NCBI RefSeq assembly: GCF_032062105.1 | Contig: NW_026932767.1 | Location: forward strand, 62,001 to 126,000 | Length of the DNA: 64,000 nt | From: Saccostrea cucullata | Taxonomy: Eukaryota | Direction of reading: 5' to 3' | Part shown: positions 63,401 through 64,000 of the stretch, one piece after another | How the letters are laid out: every line of letters starts with the position of its first letter | Numbering within the stretch: position 1 is the first letter of the stretch | Position numbers and translations under genes: made by a program | Notes under the pieces: model-generated | Database searches by the model: none | The model's input: only the letters and a program-made list of their open reading frames with translations | What the model was told of the DNA's origin: nothing

Positions 63401-63891
63401 TAAAGATTTATGAGTGAGGGGCTCAAATCAGTTCTTTGATCCACTGGGTTTGTCCATAGCATAGACAAAACCAGGGATATTAGCAACTGGAATATCACAT
63501 ACAAGCACTCCCTATTGCAGATTGTGACTTGTGTGCATCAACAATGCACACACCTCTCTTGGTGGGCCATGCTCATCATATTCAACTAAAAATAGAAGAA
63601 TAAAAATAAACTTACCATCTTCTAAATGGGTACTGTTGGCCAGTATACTTCAATCGGTGTTGTTTGTTTGTTGGCTTCTATCACAGCCAAGATTGAGTAC
63701 AAGTCACAGTCTGAAGATTTATGAGTGAGTGGCTCATATCAGTTCTTTAATCCACTGGGTTTGTCCATAGCATAGACAAAACCAGGGACATTAGCAACTG
63801 GAATACAAAATGCAAGCACTCCTTATTGCAGACTGTGACTTGAGTGCATCAACAATGCACACATCTCTCTTGGTGGGCCATGCTCATCATA
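60497..63891. repeat. Tandem array of a 311-bp unit, ~10.5 copies
   Basis: Unit starts (tttatgagtgag) at 60497, 60808, 61102, 61435, 61746, 62057, 62390, 62702, 63096, 63407 and 63718. Confidence 0.97.
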
Positions 63892-64000
63892 CAGTCATTC
63901 CCGTATAATTCATACAATTACCAAGTCCATTGTATTGAAAAACGAATTTAAGAGCAGTGATATAATTTTGTGTTTGATTGATAAAGTAAACATCCTTTGT

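Noticed and set aside
60497-63891. Array as tandem protein-coding exons
   Set aside because: The 311-bp period is not a multiple of 3, the apparent intron is only ~30 nt, and stops vary between copies.

Overview
AT-rich eukaryotic (metazoan) genomic DNA with spliceosomal genes and dense non-autonomous transposons. The repeat landscape resembles a bivalve/oyster genome (inference, no database check). Genes: (i) a tandem, co-oriented cluster of three genes with intron-less CDSs encoding type II membrane FkbM (Methyltransf_21)-family SAM-dependent methyltransferases; (ii) MRPL44 (10 exons, -) and MRPL57/mL63 (3 exons, +), head-to-head with ATGs 256 bp apart; (iii) RAD51D (9 exons, +, first intron GC-AG); (iv) a laccase/multicopper oxidase truncated after its first cupredoxin domain and fused to a satellite. 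Between these genes lie: seven insertions with YR termini and perfect 9-bp TSDs (six near-perfect palindromes of 58-725 bp, one TIR element), nested MITE stacks, TTAA-, TA- and TAA-target MITEs, Helentron-associated elements carrying tandem arrays, an internally deleted young LTR element, Penelope-like relics and a 311-bp structured tandem array. The best candidate for an undescribed system is the cluster of secretory-pathway FkbM methyltransferases (possible glycan O-methyltransferases). Next is the family of miniature 9-bp-TSD hairpin transposons.
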